64,000 nt of DNA from Bacteroidota bacterium (GTDB lineage Bacteria > Bacteroidota > Bacteroidia > Chitinophagales > LD1). The notes beneath the pieces are model-generated. The model worked only from the letters and a program-made list of their open reading frames with translations, was not told the origin of the DNA and made no database searches. Where the stretch lies: positions 10,897 through 74,896 of the forward strand of contig JAFDYQ010000014.1 in the NCBI GenBank assembly GCA_018267365.1, given 5' to 3'. Positions 46,171 through 55,497 of the stretch are shown piece after piece. Made by a program: the position numbers and the translations under genes. Each line of letters opens with the position of its first letter. The first letter of the stretch is position 1.

Positions 46171-47094
46171 ATGGACAGCAAGAAAGTACTCGTGGTCTAC
46201 TACAGCCAGACCGGCCAGATGCGCGATATAGCCGACAGCTTTTGCAAAGCCTTTGCGGCAGACGACAACTACACGGTGGACTATGAGCAGCTAAAGCTGG
46301 TAAATGAATTCCCATTCCCCTGGACTGCCTTTACTTTCTTCAATGCCTTCCCCGAAACCTTCAAAGAGCAACCGCTGTCTCTGCAGCCCTTTTCTGACAA
46401 GATAAATGGTGACTACGACCTCATCGTATTGGCCTACCAGCCGTGGTTTCTCACGCCGAGTCCGGCAATATCTTCATTCCTCCAGACGCCTGCGGCTCAA
46501 AGGCTCCTGACCGGCAAGAAGGTCGTGACGCTGATCGGTTGTCGCAATATGTGGCTGGGGGCACAGGAGAAGGTCAAGAAGCGCCTCGCTGCCTTCGGCG
46601 CCAAAGTGATCGCCAATGTAGCCCTGGTAGACAAAAGCCCCAACGTAGTGAGCGTGATCACCATCCTGCGCTGGCTGCTGTGGGGGCGAAAGGAAAAGAC
46701 CTCGCTGCTGCCGGCTGCCGGTGTGAGCACCGCAGATATAGTCCAATGTGAGATGTATGGTGGATTGACCAAGAACGCTTTGGAACAAGGTGAAACTAAA
46801 TTGTTACAAGAAAGGCTCAACGCCAAAGGAGCCGTGGAGATCGTACCGGAGCTGGTGCTGATGGAGCGCCGCGGGCAGCGTTCCTTCTCTATCTGGTCGG
46901 GTTTTGTTGGTGCGAAACCGATCGGTTCTCTGGGCCGCAATCTGCGGGTGCGTCTCTTTATGACCTTATTGCCTACCGCCATTTTTATCCTCTCGCCCAT
47001 CCTGATGATCGTCTCCGCCTTGCAGCTTCGGCTAAAGAAGGATGAACTGATGACCGACGTCCGCTACTTTATGAGCAATGAGCTGCGTCCTTGA
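46171..47094 (+). CDS. darA: Dialkylresorcinol condensing enzyme DarA-like protein
   Basis: Flavodoxin-like N-terminus KVLVVYYSQTGQMRDIA, about 300 aa, with a C-terminal hydrophobic segment. Lies immediately upstream of a KAS III-like gene, as in dar loci. Assigned from memory of the family, not from a search. Confidence 0.65.
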   Translation: MDSKKVLVVYYSQTGQMRDIADSFCKAFAADDNYTVDYEQLKLVNEFPFPWTAFTFFNAFPETFKEQPLSLQPFSDKINGDYDLIVLAYQPWFLTPSPAISSFLQTPAAQRLLTGKKVVTLIGCRNMWLGAQEKVKKRLAAFGAKVIANVALVDKSPNVVSVITILRWLLWGRKEKTSLLPAAGVSTADIVQCEMYGGLTKNALEQGETKLLQERLNAKGAVEIVPELVLMERRGQRSFSIWSGFVGAKPIGSLGRNLRVRLFMTLLPTAIFILSPILMIVSALQLRLKKDELMTDVRYFMSNELRP

Positions 47095-47264
47095 TCCGTT
47101 CTTTGGGCCCTTTGCGGTTTCACATTTCCCTGGGCACGCGAACTTTTAAGTCTTCATTCCTGTTATCCGTAGTTTATGGTATGGCGAAAACGGTAAGAGA
47201 GGCAGATATTTGTCCCCAACTGTTTGCAGGCCTTATTTTGGAGATATAGCAACGTTTTATTCCT

Positions 47265-48440
47265 TTGCACCCTCAAACCACCACACCTGTCTTGAGCAGA
47301 AATGTATATATAACACGGCTTTCGTCCTTCTTGCCCAATGAGCCTGTGGCAAACGACCAGATGGAGGGCCGTCTCGGCCTGATCAATGGCAAGCCGTCTA
47401 AGGCGCGTGCCGTGGTGCTGCGTAGCAATGGCATCAAGACCCGCTACTACGCGCTTGATCCCTATGGCAGGTCTACCCATACCAATGCACAACTGGTCAA
47501 AGAGGCCATCACAAAGCTCTATGATGAGCGGTTCCGTGCAGAGGATATACAGGTACTGGCCTGCGGTACTACCTCTCCCGATCAGCTGCTGCCGTCCCAC
47601 GCCACTATGGTGCTGGGCGAGCTGGGCATAGGACCCATAGAGGCGCTGAGCACTACAGGCTCCTGCTGTACCGGCGTGCAGGCCATGAGCTACTGCTACC
47701 TTGCCATCCTGGCGGGCGTATATGACAATGCCGTCTGTACAGGTAGTGAGAAGATGAGCGCCTGGATGCTGGCCGATAAGTTTCAGGATGAGGCAGACAG
47801 GCTCAAGGAGCTGGAGGCCAATCCGTTTATCGCGTTTGAGAAGGAGTTTCTCCGCTGGATGCTCTCAGATGGCGCCGGTGCCTGTGTGCTGGAGTCTCAT
47901 CCTAACCCGGAAGGTATATCGCTGAAAATAGAATGGATAGAGCAGCGCAGCTACGCCAATGAGCTGCCTGTGTGTATGTATGCCGGCGCTACCAAAGATG
48001 ATACGACAGGCCGCCTGACGGGCTGGAATGAAATGCCACCGCACGACTGGGCTGACAAGTCTGTCCTCTCATTAAAGCAGGACACGCGCTTCCTCGGAGA
48101 GAATATCGTAAAGTATGGCGGCAAGTTTCTGCTGGATATAGTAGGGCGACGCGGCTTTAATGTGAATGAGGTGAGCTACTTCCTGCCGCATCTCTCGTCA
48201 GAGTTCTTTGCACCAAAAATAGCTGAGGAGCTGCAGGCCATTGGTATCGGTATCGCTGCGGAGAAGTGGTTTTACAACCTGACCCGCGTGGGCAATATCG
48301 GCTCGGCCTCCGCATTTGTCATGCTCGATGAGTTATTTCACTCCGGCAGGCTAAAGAAGGGCGAAAAGGTACTGATGATGATCCCTGAGAGTGCGCGCTT
48401 CAGCTATGCCTATGTGCTGCTGACAGTCACAGGCCCCTAA
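47265..48440 (+). CDS. darB: Beta-ketoacyl-ACP synthase III family protein, DarB-like
   Basis: KAS III / thiolase-fold layout with an active-site Cys in TTGSCCTG and a C-terminal GNIGSAS motif. There is no in-frame ATG near the 5' end, so the start is TTG at 47265 or 47292. Confidence 0.7.
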   Translation: MHPQTTTPVLSRNVYITRLSSFLPNEPVANDQMEGRLGLINGKPSKARAVVLRSNGIKTRYYALDPYGRSTHTNAQLVKEAITKLYDERFRAEDIQVLACGTTSPDQLLPSHATMVLGELGIGPIEALSTTGSCCTGVQAMSYCYLAILAGVYDNAVCTGSEKMSAWMLADKFQDEADRLKELEANPFIAFEKEFLRWMLSDGAGACVLESHPNPEGISLKIEWIEQRSYANELPVCMYAGATKDDTTGRLTGWNEMPPHDWADKSVLSLKQDTRFLGENIVKYGGKFLLDIVGRRGFNVNEVSYFLPHLSSEFFAPKIAEELQAIGIGIAAEKWFYNLTRVGNIGSASAFVMLDELFHSGRLKKGEKVLMMIPESARFSYAYVLLTVTGP

Positions 48441-48442
48441 AT

Positions 48443-48465
48443 CCCTGCCTACCGTCAGGCAGGCC
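48443..48465. repeat. Short hairpin element CCCTGCCTACCGTCAGGCAGGCC
   Basis: 6 bp stem CCTGCC/GGCAGG directly after the darB stop. A related reverse copy lies at 24103..24125. Confidence 0.45.
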
Positions 48466-48491
48466 CGAAGGGGACTTTAATACAAATCAAC

Positions 48492-48932
48492 ATGCTCGTT
48501 TCCAAGGAAGAAGTTTTGCAATATATCCCACAGCGCGCACCCATCGTAATGGTAGACGCGCTGGTGGAGCATGAGGGTGATGTGAGTGTGTCACAACTGA
48601 CCATCGCACCGGATAATATCTTCGTCAGTGATGGCCATTTTCAGATGCCGGGACTGGTAGAGAATATCGCTCAGACCGCTGCCCTGCGCATGGGCTACGG
48701 CCATCGGCTGCAGGCAGAGCAGTCAGGTGCAGCTCCTGCCAGCCCACCTGTAGGCTTCATCGGCGAGGTCAAAAACCTCAAGGTGCATTTTTTGCCGAAG
48801 GTAAATAGCACGATACAAACACGCATAGAGGTGCTGCACAGCATCTTCACCGCCTCGGTGATACGCGGCGAGGTACTATCTGATGGTGCAGTAGCAGCAG
48901 AGTGCGAGATGAAGATTTTTTCGCAGCCTTGA
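48492..48932 (+). CDS. Hotdog-fold FabZ/FabA-like 3-hydroxyacyl-ACP dehydratase
   Basis: 146 aa. The pattern QRAPIVMVDALVE ... HFQMPGLVENIAQTAAL is typical of the small dehydratases found in flexirubin / aryl-polyene type loci. Confidence 0.7.
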   Translation: MLVSKEEVLQYIPQRAPIVMVDALVEHEGDVSVSQLTIAPDNIFVSDGHFQMPGLVENIAQTAALRMGYGHRLQAEQSGAAPASPPVGFIGEVKNLKVHFLPKVNSTIQTRIEVLHSIFTASVIRGEVLSDGAVAAECEMKIFSQP

Positions 48933-48960
48933 GTTTGGTATTACTAGTTAGTATTCAGTA

Positions 48961-49340
48961 TTTAGAAAAAGCTGGAGAACTCTGCCCTGTTAATCAAGGT
49001 GGAGCATGGGCTGTAGGGACAGGTCGCGACCTGTCCCTACAGGTTTTATAGTCGCCCCGGCTTTTAAGCCGGGGATCAGATGTTGCCTCCTTTTTGGCTT
49101 TAGCCTAAATGTATTGAATGTCTCTTTCTGCTAAAGCCGATATAGGATGATCTCATAGACCCCGACCTGAAGGTCTGGGCTACTGTAAACTGTCCTTGGC
49201 CGCCGCTGCTATAAAGTATGGCTATTTTCTCTTTGATTTTTCATCTAAATAATAAATCTCCATCTCTCTGTGCTAAAACTCTTTGCCCTCTGGTAGTAAG
49301 CCCGACGATAAACTCTGCGCCCTCTGTGTAGTAGCCCACA
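48961..49340. repeat. Hairpin-dense non-coding spacer (stacked REP-like elements)
   Basis: Contains a 32 bp perfect palindrome (49011..49042) and three further hairpins at 49055..49075, 49096..49138 and 49160..49179. Three copies of AACTCT..GCCCT..G.TAGTA lie at about 48975, 49276 and 49310. No ORF of 60 aa or more. Confidence 0.7.
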
Positions 49341-49361
49341 TTTTCGCTAAGTTTACGCGCA

Positions 49362-49775
49362 GTGAAAGAAGAAGAAGTACCACAGGATGATGCCAATATG
49401 CTGCAGGGCAAGTTCAGGAAACTGTACTATGCCACAGGCGACGGCGCTCACTACAAGGGTGTAGGCAGCGTAGGCTGGGAGCCTGAGAATGTGGTACTGG
49501 AGCAGGCCTGGGAGGATATAAGGGAGCGTGTAGCTGAGGCACGCGCTAAAGTGATAGCAGGTGAGGCCAGTCCTGTGCTGTACCACATGGAGCGCACCCT
49601 GATGAATCCTGATATACTGGCCGGTCACATAGGCTGGCCGGCATTGGTGGTCAGGCTGCATCTGAGGCCGTTCTTTTTTGGCAAGCTAAGCAAGAAGACA
49701 CTGGAAAAGTATGCATACGCCTTTCAGATAAAACCAGAGGAACTGATCGATATTACTAAGATAAAAGACCAATGA
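49362..49775 (+). CDS. Hypothetical protein, possible C-terminal helix-turn-helix
   Basis: GTG start at 49362, or ATG at 49398. The C-terminal stretch LMNPDILAGHIGWPALVVRLHL ... LSKKTLEKYAYAFQIKPEEL loosely resembles an XRE-type HTH. Weak call. Confidence 0.45.
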   Translation: MKEEEVPQDDANMLQGKFRKLYYATGDGAHYKGVGSVGWEPENVVLEQAWEDIRERVAEARAKVIAGEASPVLYHMERTLMNPDILAGHIGWPALVVRLHLRPFFFGKLSKKTLEKYAYAFQIKPEELIDITKIKDQ

Positions 49776-49806
49776 TGCTACGATCCGTGAGATAGCAGAG
49801 GCAGAT

Positions 49807-50817
49807 ATGCAGATAGATTTCCCACATAGACAGAGCGCCCACTGTGAGAATGGCGTAGTGTCAAACCTCATGCGCTTTCATGGATATGATTTCAGCGAGC
49901 CGATGGTCTTTGGTATCGGGTCGGGCATATTCTTTTCCTATATCCCGTTTATCAAGATGGGCGGCATACCTGTCACCTCATACCGCACCCTGCCGGGGGC
50001 TATTTTCCGGCGTTTCGCAAAGCGGATAGACATGAAGGTAGAGAGCCGCAGCTACTCGAGTGAGCATAAGGCCATGAGCGAGCTGGACAGCAAGATAGCA
50101 GAGGGTGTGCCGGTAGGTATGCTTACTTCGGTCTACTATCTCACCTACCTGCCCGATGCGTACCGCTTCCACTTCAATGCCCACAACATCGTAGTCTATG
50201 GCCGGGAGGGAGACAACTATCTCGTCAGTGACCCCGTGATGGAGACCACTACCACGATCGCTGCCGCAGACCTCGTGCGCGCGCGCTTTGCCAAAGGTGT
50301 GGCAGAGCCCAAGGGCCGCATGTATTATCCGGTTCAGTTTCCAAAGGAGATCAACCGTAAGGATGCCATCTGGCGCGGTATCAAGCGCGCCGGCTTTGAT
50401 ATGACCGAGATACCGATATTTATCCTCGGCACCAAGGGTATGAAGTACATGGCTGGTCGCCTGCAGAGGTGGCCCGAGCGGCTGGGAGACCGCAAGGCTA
50501 TCCAGTACCTCGGCAATGTGGTCCGCATGCAGGAGGAGATAGGCACTGGCGGAGCAGGCTTCAGGTTTGTGTATGCCGCATTTCTGGATGAGGCCAGTAG
50601 TATAGTAGGCAATACAGAGCTATATGATCTCTCCAAAGAACTGACTGCCTCCGGTGATCGCCTGCGCGACTTCGCCTACTATGCAGGCCGTGCGTGCAAG
50701 AGCCGCAAGACTGATGTACTCTCCTTTGCCGAGCTGGCTGACATACTGCGCGAATGTGCAACCCGCGAGGACAAAATATTTCGCCGCCTTCATCAGCTAG
50801 CCAAAGACAATATCTGA
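49807..50817 (+). CDS. BtrH N-terminal domain / DUF4872-like protein
   Basis: The N-terminus HRQSAHCENGVVSNLMRFHGYDFSEPMVFGIGSGIFF matches the BtrH_N peptidase-like pattern. 336 aa. Confidence 0.65.
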   Translation: MQIDFPHRQSAHCENGVVSNLMRFHGYDFSEPMVFGIGSGIFFSYIPFIKMGGIPVTSYRTLPGAIFRRFAKRIDMKVESRSYSSEHKAMSELDSKIAEGVPVGMLTSVYYLTYLPDAYRFHFNAHNIVVYGREGDNYLVSDPVMETTTTIAAADLVRARFAKGVAEPKGRMYYPVQFPKEINRKDAIWRGIKRAGFDMTEIPIFILGTKGMKYMAGRLQRWPERLGDRKAIQYLGNVVRMQEEIGTGGAGFRFVYAAFLDEASSIVGNTELYDLSKELTASGDRLRDFAYYAGRACKSRKTDVLSFAELADILRECATREDKIFRRLHQLAKDNI

Positions 50818-51551
50818 TGGCAGCGATCACACTGGATAAAGTAACCAAGCAATACGCCGGCAGCCCGAAACCTGCCGTGCGCGACCTCTCACTCGCTATC
50901 GCCCGTGGTGAGGTCTATGGCCTGCTGGGCCACAATGGCGCAGGCAAGTCTACTACTGTGATGATGATCTGCGGGCTGCTGCAGGCAGGTAGCGGTGCGA
51001 TCAGCGTCTTCGGTATGAACCCTGCGCAGCACGGCCCGTCGGTGCGCAGCAGGGTAGGAGTAGCTACGCAGGATATAGCGCTATTCCCGTCACTCACAGG
51101 TATGGAGAATCTCCAATACCTCTGCCGCATGTATGGGCTGAAGCCGGATAGTCACCAACTGATGGCGCTGCTGGAGCGCTTTGGCCTCTCGGCAGATGCC
51201 GGCAAAAAAGTAGACTCCTACTCCGGTGGCATGAAGCGCCGCCTCAATCTCATAGCCTCTGTGCTGCATGATCCTGAGCTGCTGATACTCGATGAGCCGA
51301 CGGCGGGAGTAGATGTACAGAGCCGCGCCATGATCATAGCCTACCTCCGCGAGATGAATACCAAAGGTATGACTATCATCTACTCCTCTCACATACTGGA
51401 GGAGGTGGAGAAGCTCTGCCAGAGGGTGGGCTTTATGAGCGAGGGTGTACTGATAGAGCAAGGTCTCACAGCAGATCTGCTGGCCAAATATCATACGGAC
51501 TCACTGGAGTCTGTTTACCTCACCGTATCGGGCAAATCTATCAGCATATGA
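50817..51551 (+). CDS. ABC transporter ATP-binding protein (ABC-2 exporter type)
   Basis: Walker [10 protein letters not shown], signature YSGGMKRR, Walker [12 protein letters not shown]. The ATG overlaps the upstream stop by one base. Confidence 0.9.
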   Translation: MAAITLDKVTKQYAGSPKPAVRDLSLAIARGEVYGLLGHNGAGKSTTVMMICGLLQAGSGAISVFGMNPAQHGPSVRSRVGVATQDIALFPSLTGMENLQYLCRMYGLKPDSHQLMALLERFGLSADAGKKVDSYSGGMKRRLNLIASVLHDPELLILDEPTAGVDVQSRAMIIAYLREMNTKGMTIIYSSHILEEVEKLCQRVGFMSEGVLIEQGLTADLLAKYHTDSLESVYLTVSGKSISI

Positions 51552-52831
51552 AGATACTGGCCACGATATGGAAGGAGTTTCTCACGCTGTGGCGCGACCC
51601 GGGCGGTATGGCGCTCATCTTTCTGATGCCGGTACTGCTCGTTACTGTCATGTCTCTGGTAGAGGATGTGCCTTTCCGCGACTACCGCCATTTCAATTTT
51701 GATATCGTCAGTGTGAATGATGACCATGACACACTGGGAGATTTCATAGAGCAGACACTGGCATCCTCGGGCAGCTTTCACCTGGTGAAGGAATATGAAG
51801 GCAAACCTCTCACCCGCGAGAGTGGTATGGACCTCGTGAGCAGCGGCCACTACCGGGCCTTTCTCTATATACCGCCGCATGCCACGCAGCGCCTGAATGG
51901 TAAGACTACTATCGTAGTGCAGGCACTTATGTCGGGCTTTGGTATCACTGACCGCCCTGCTGCGGATAGCACCGGGGCTGTAGAGATCAAGGTGGTCTTT
52001 GACCCCGTGATACAAGTCAATGTAAAGCAATCCCTGCTCTATGCCATAGAGAAGATAGTAGCCGGTGCAGAAAACAAGGTCCTGATGGCAAAATTTTCTG
52101 AGCAGGTCAAAAAGATGACCGGCAGCAATGATACGATGCCGCAGCCTGACCTCTCTAAAATGATCGCAGTGACCAGTGAGCGCTCCTATGAGGGCTTTGA
52201 CGAGCTGGCTATGAACTCCGTGCAGCACAATGTACCTGCGTGGGCCATGTTTGCCATGTTCTTCATCGTCTTTCCCCTCGCGGGAAACTTCATCAAGGAG
52301 CGTGAGGATGGCAGCCTACTGCGCATGCGGCTCATAGCGGGCTCGCGCTTTCACTTCATAGCCGGTAAGTATGTTTTCTATTTCTTCGTCTGCCTGCTGC
52401 AGTTTGTGTTGATGCTCTCAGTGGGATTGTTTTTGCTACCACTGCTAGGCCTGCCCGCACTGGTCATAGGGGACAAGCTACTCTACATCGCACTCGCAGC
52501 TACCTGTATCTCACTCGCGGCTACGGCCTACGGCATGGCAGTAGCGGGAGCTTTCCGCACGCATCATCAGGCGCTCACATTCGGCGCCATATCAGTAGTG
52601 CTGCTGGCTGCTATAGGCGGCGTATGGGTGCCGGTATATGTGCTGCCACATGCGCTGCAGGTAGCCAGCAATGTATCGCCCCTCAGCTGGGGCCTCGAGC
52701 TGTGTAATGATATCTTCCTCCGCCACACGGGCTTCGTGCAGTTGGTGCCGCAGATGGGCAAACTGCTTGGTTTCGCTGCCGGCTGCCTCGGCCTTGCCTA
52801 TTTTCTCCAGAACCGTCAAAGCTCCCGCTGA
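51548..52831 (+). CDS. ABC-2 type transporter permease
   Basis: One N-terminal TM, a large extracytoplasmic loop and five C-terminal TM segments. ATGA overlap with the ATPase gene. Confidence 0.8.
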   Translation: MKILATIWKEFLTLWRDPGGMALIFLMPVLLVTVMSLVEDVPFRDYRHFNFDIVSVNDDHDTLGDFIEQTLASSGSFHLVKEYEGKPLTRESGMDLVSSGHYRAFLYIPPHATQRLNGKTTIVVQALMSGFGITDRPAADSTGAVEIKVVFDPVIQVNVKQSLLYAIEKIVAGAENKVLMAKFSEQVKKMTGSNDTMPQPDLSKMIAVTSERSYEGFDELAMNSVQHNVPAWAMFAMFFIVFPLAGNFIKEREDGSLLRMRLIAGSRFHFIAGKYVFYFFVCLLQFVLMLSVGLFLLPLLGLPALVIGDKLLYIALAATCISLAATAYGMAVAGAFRTHHQALTFGAISVVLLAAIGGVWVPVYVLPHALQVASNVSPLSWGLELCNDIFLRHTGFVQLVPQMGKLLGFAAGCLGLAYFLQNRQSSR

Positions 52832-53664
52832 TGCCGACGCTCGCAGATATGCAGGCGCGCTATCAGCAGGCACTGGAGCCACTCTATGGCCAGCGCGAGG
52901 CACGCAGTATTACACAGTGGATACTGGAAGATGTGCTGCACCTGCAGGGCGTCCGCTTGGTCATGGACCGATTTCTCATTCTTACCTCACACCAGCAGGA
53001 GGTGCTGGAGGAATATTTGACGCGACTCCTGACTAATGAGCCTGTGCAGTATGTCATAGGCTATGCTGAGTTTCATGGTTTGAAATTTAAGGTCAATAAG
53101 GATGTCCTTATACCTCGGCCTGAGACAGAGGAGCTGGTGGACTGGATACTGGCAGATATGCAGCAGTCTCAGGCATCTATCCTGGACGTAGGTACCGGCA
53201 GTGGTTGCATCCCTATATCTCTAAAGAATGCTCGCCCTGACTGGCAGGTATCAGCAGTAGATATCAGTACAGATGCTTTAGCTGTCGCAAAAGAGAATGC
53301 AGCGCTAAACCATGCAGCAGTTCATTTCTCGCAGGCAGATATCCTCTCTCAGCTACCTTACGGCAAATACGACGTCATAGTGAGCAACCCTCCCTATATC
53401 AGTGAGGAAGAAAAAAAAGTCATGTCAGATAACGTGCTAAACTATGAGCCGCATATCGCCCTCTTCGCAGATGATCCGCTGATTTTCTACAAGCGTATCG
53501 CGGCTATCGCACCACAACTACTAAAAGATAGTGGCAGTATCTATTTGGAGATAAGCGAATACCGCGCAGCAGAAACTGTGGCTATATTTGAGCAAGCTGG
53601 CTATCATGCAAAGATCAAAAACGATCTTAGTGGCCGGGAGCGTATGGTCAAAGCTACGCGCTGA
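52831..53664 (+). CDS. prmC: Peptide chain release factor N5-glutamine methyltransferase
   Basis: SAM-binding motif ILDVGTGSGCI and catalytic motif NPPY. 277 aa. Confidence 0.85.
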   Translation: MPTLADMQARYQQALEPLYGQREARSITQWILEDVLHLQGVRLVMDRFLILTSHQQEVLEEYLTRLLTNEPVQYVIGYAEFHGLKFKVNKDVLIPRPETEELVDWILADMQQSQASILDVGTGSGCIPISLKNARPDWQVSAVDISTDALAVAKENAALNHAAVHFSQADILSQLPYGKYDVIVSNPPYISEEEKKVMSDNVLNYEPHIALFADDPLIFYKRIAAIAPQLLKDSGSIYLEISEYRAAETVAIFEQAGYHAKIKNDLSGRERMVKATR

Positions 53665-55497
53665 TCATTTCTTTTTCTTCTTCACCGCAGCCTTAGGCTT
53701 CGTCGCTACATTGGGATTGACCAGCTTGCCGAGGTTCTTGCCGGTCTTATCTATCCTGTAGCGTATGGTCATGCCATAGTCCTTGCTTTTTTTATTGTCA
53801 TCTTTCAGAGAGACGATCGCCGTATCTCCTTCAAATGGTTCTGCATTCTCATAGATAGGCTGTATGACCCATGCTCCGGAGTGATCTATGTAGCCGTAGG
53901 TAGAGTCATTCTCTGTCACCGCCGCGAGGCCGGATGAGAAAGCCGATACATTGGCAAAGCTTTGGGTGAATGGCTGCGTGCCCGAGCGGTCTATAAATAC
54001 CCAGCGGTCGTCCTTCTTGACCGCAGCCAGCCCTTCGCTAAAAGAGGTCGCATCCTGATATACAAATGGTATCACCACATGGTCCCGGTCATTGATAAAG
54101 CCGTAACCTTTAAAATTGTGCGCAGCATAGAGGCCCTCTGAGAGCGGCTGTATATCCTCATAGTCGGCACCTACTACAAACTCTCCCTTACGGTTGATAA
54201 TGCCAAACTTGCAAGGCGCACCGTCGCAATAATCCAGCGCGACCACAGCCTTGCCGCCTATAAAATCACCCGCACTGGCAAAGGCTTTTTCAAAAGCTAC
54301 CTTGCCGTTCTTATCTATGTAGGAGTACATACAGTTATCTGTGCAGGCTTTCAGCGCCACAGCGGCCAGGCCACCGCTAAACTCTGATGCATCCTCATAC
54401 TGCGGCTGTATCACCAGCGTTTGGGTCTTCGGATTCACATAGCCCCACTTGTCGTTTGACTTGAATGGAGCGAGGTTGAGCTGCGACAGATATATATCCT
54501 GCTGTATCTTATCCTTAAAGGGATTATTGGGATACGCCTTCAGAAATGCCTCATAGCTGGAGTCTGTAGCATCCTGAGTATAGAGGTCATAGAGCTGATT
54601 CCACGCATTCATGATATTCCGATTAGACGGATACGCCTTGATAAAGGTATTGTATTCCCATACATCACCTTTGCGCGTACTCATAGTATAGATGCTATCC
54701 TGCACTGCCGCGAGAAACGGATTCTTTGGGTATGACTTCTCAAATTCCGCATAGCCCTCTATCGTACCTCGCTTCAGATAGACCTCGTAGATCTTACGGT
54801 CGTATTGTACCCGCGCTTCTTTTGCGTACGGTCCCGTAGGATATCTGTCAAGGTAAGCTTTAAAGGAGTCTACATCATTGCTGTAGGTCATCGAATTGAA
54901 TATTGCCAACTCATAAAGTCCATTGATATCCGCGTATCGTTTGGATTTTGGATGGTCATTTAAAAAAGTTCGGGACTCTTCGATCAGGCTTGGGATACTT
55001 TGTTTTATAGAAAGTTCTGCAAACTTTATATCATCCCTTTTGTCCTCCGCTTGCTCGTTCAGGATTTTATCTTGGGAATATTGGATAAAGTGATCATACG
55101 AATCAAAGGTGTTCTTCGCTTTCGCCTTGTCATAGGCCTGCTTATTGATGTCTGCGAAAAGCTCCTGAATGGTAAAATCACGCACACCATACTTCAGGTA
55201 TTTCTTTGTCTGCTTATCATCTTCTTTGAGTGGTATGGCCGCAAAGGCTTTATTCACGTAGATCGTCGCCGAGTCCAGGTCCATCGCTTTATAGTCCCGC
55301 GCAGAGAAAAGCTTTGCCATGGCATAGTTGGCCGCTACATCTTTGGGGTCTTTGTCAAGCTCTTCTTTGATGCTCGCGCGAGCCTTGTCATAGTCCCCGC
55401 TATTGATATTTTTAAATGCCCTGTCGAGGTCTCCTGCCAGGAGCGTGTGTGCAGTGAGTAGCGATAGGCAGGTCAGTGAGAGGATGTTTTTAGTCAT
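53665..55497 (-). CDS. WG (KWG) repeat-containing secreted protein with an N-terminal TPR-like region
   Basis: Signal peptide. The helical N-terminal half has repeated YPxxPxxxxA motifs. The C-terminal repeats are WGYVNPKT, YSYIDKNG, FGIINRKG, YGFINDRD, WVFIDRSG and YGYIDHSG. Confidence 0.8.
   Translation of the reverse strand: MTKNILSLTCLSLLTAHTLLAGDLDRAFKNINSGDYDKARASIKEELDKDPKDVAANYAMAKLFSARDYKAMDLDSATIYVNKAFAAIPLKEDDKQTKKYLKYGVRDFTIQELFADINKQAYDKAKAKNTFDSYDHFIQYSQDKILNEQAEDKRDDIKFAELSIKQSIPSLIEESRTFLNDHPKSKRYADINGLYELAIFNSMTYSNDVDSFKAYLDRYPTGPYAKEARVQYDRKIYEVYLKRGTIEGYAEFEKSYPKNPFLAAVQDSIYTMSTRKGDVWEYNTFIKAYPSNRNIMNAWNQLYDLYTQDATDSSYEAFLKAYPNNPFKDKIQQDIYLSQLNLAPFKSNDKWGYVNPKTQTLVIQPQYEDASEFSGGLAAVALKACTDNCMYSYIDKNGKVAFEKAFASAGDFIGGKAVVALDYCDGAPCKFGIINRKGEFVVGADYEDIQPLSEGLYAAHNFKGYGFINDRDHVVIPFVYQDATSFSEGLAAVKKDDRWVFIDRSGTQPFTQSFANVSAFSSGLAAVTENDSTYGYIDHSGAWVIQPIYENAEPFEGDTAIVSLKDDNKKSKDYGMTIRYRIDKTGKNLGKLVNPNVATKPKAAVKKKKK

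Noticed and set aside
47163-47600. 145 aa ORF on the - strand overlapping the darB 5' end
   Set aside because: It has no recognisable features and overlaps a KAS III-like gene with strong signatures.
48961-49340. Possible CRISPR array in the hairpin-dense spacer
   Set aside because: The repeats differ from each other in sequence and length, have no regular period, and have no cas genes nearby.
51515-52228. 237 aa ORF on the - strand
   Set aside because: It is antisense to the ABC-2 permease and the end of the ATPase gene, both of which sit in a translationally coupled chain.
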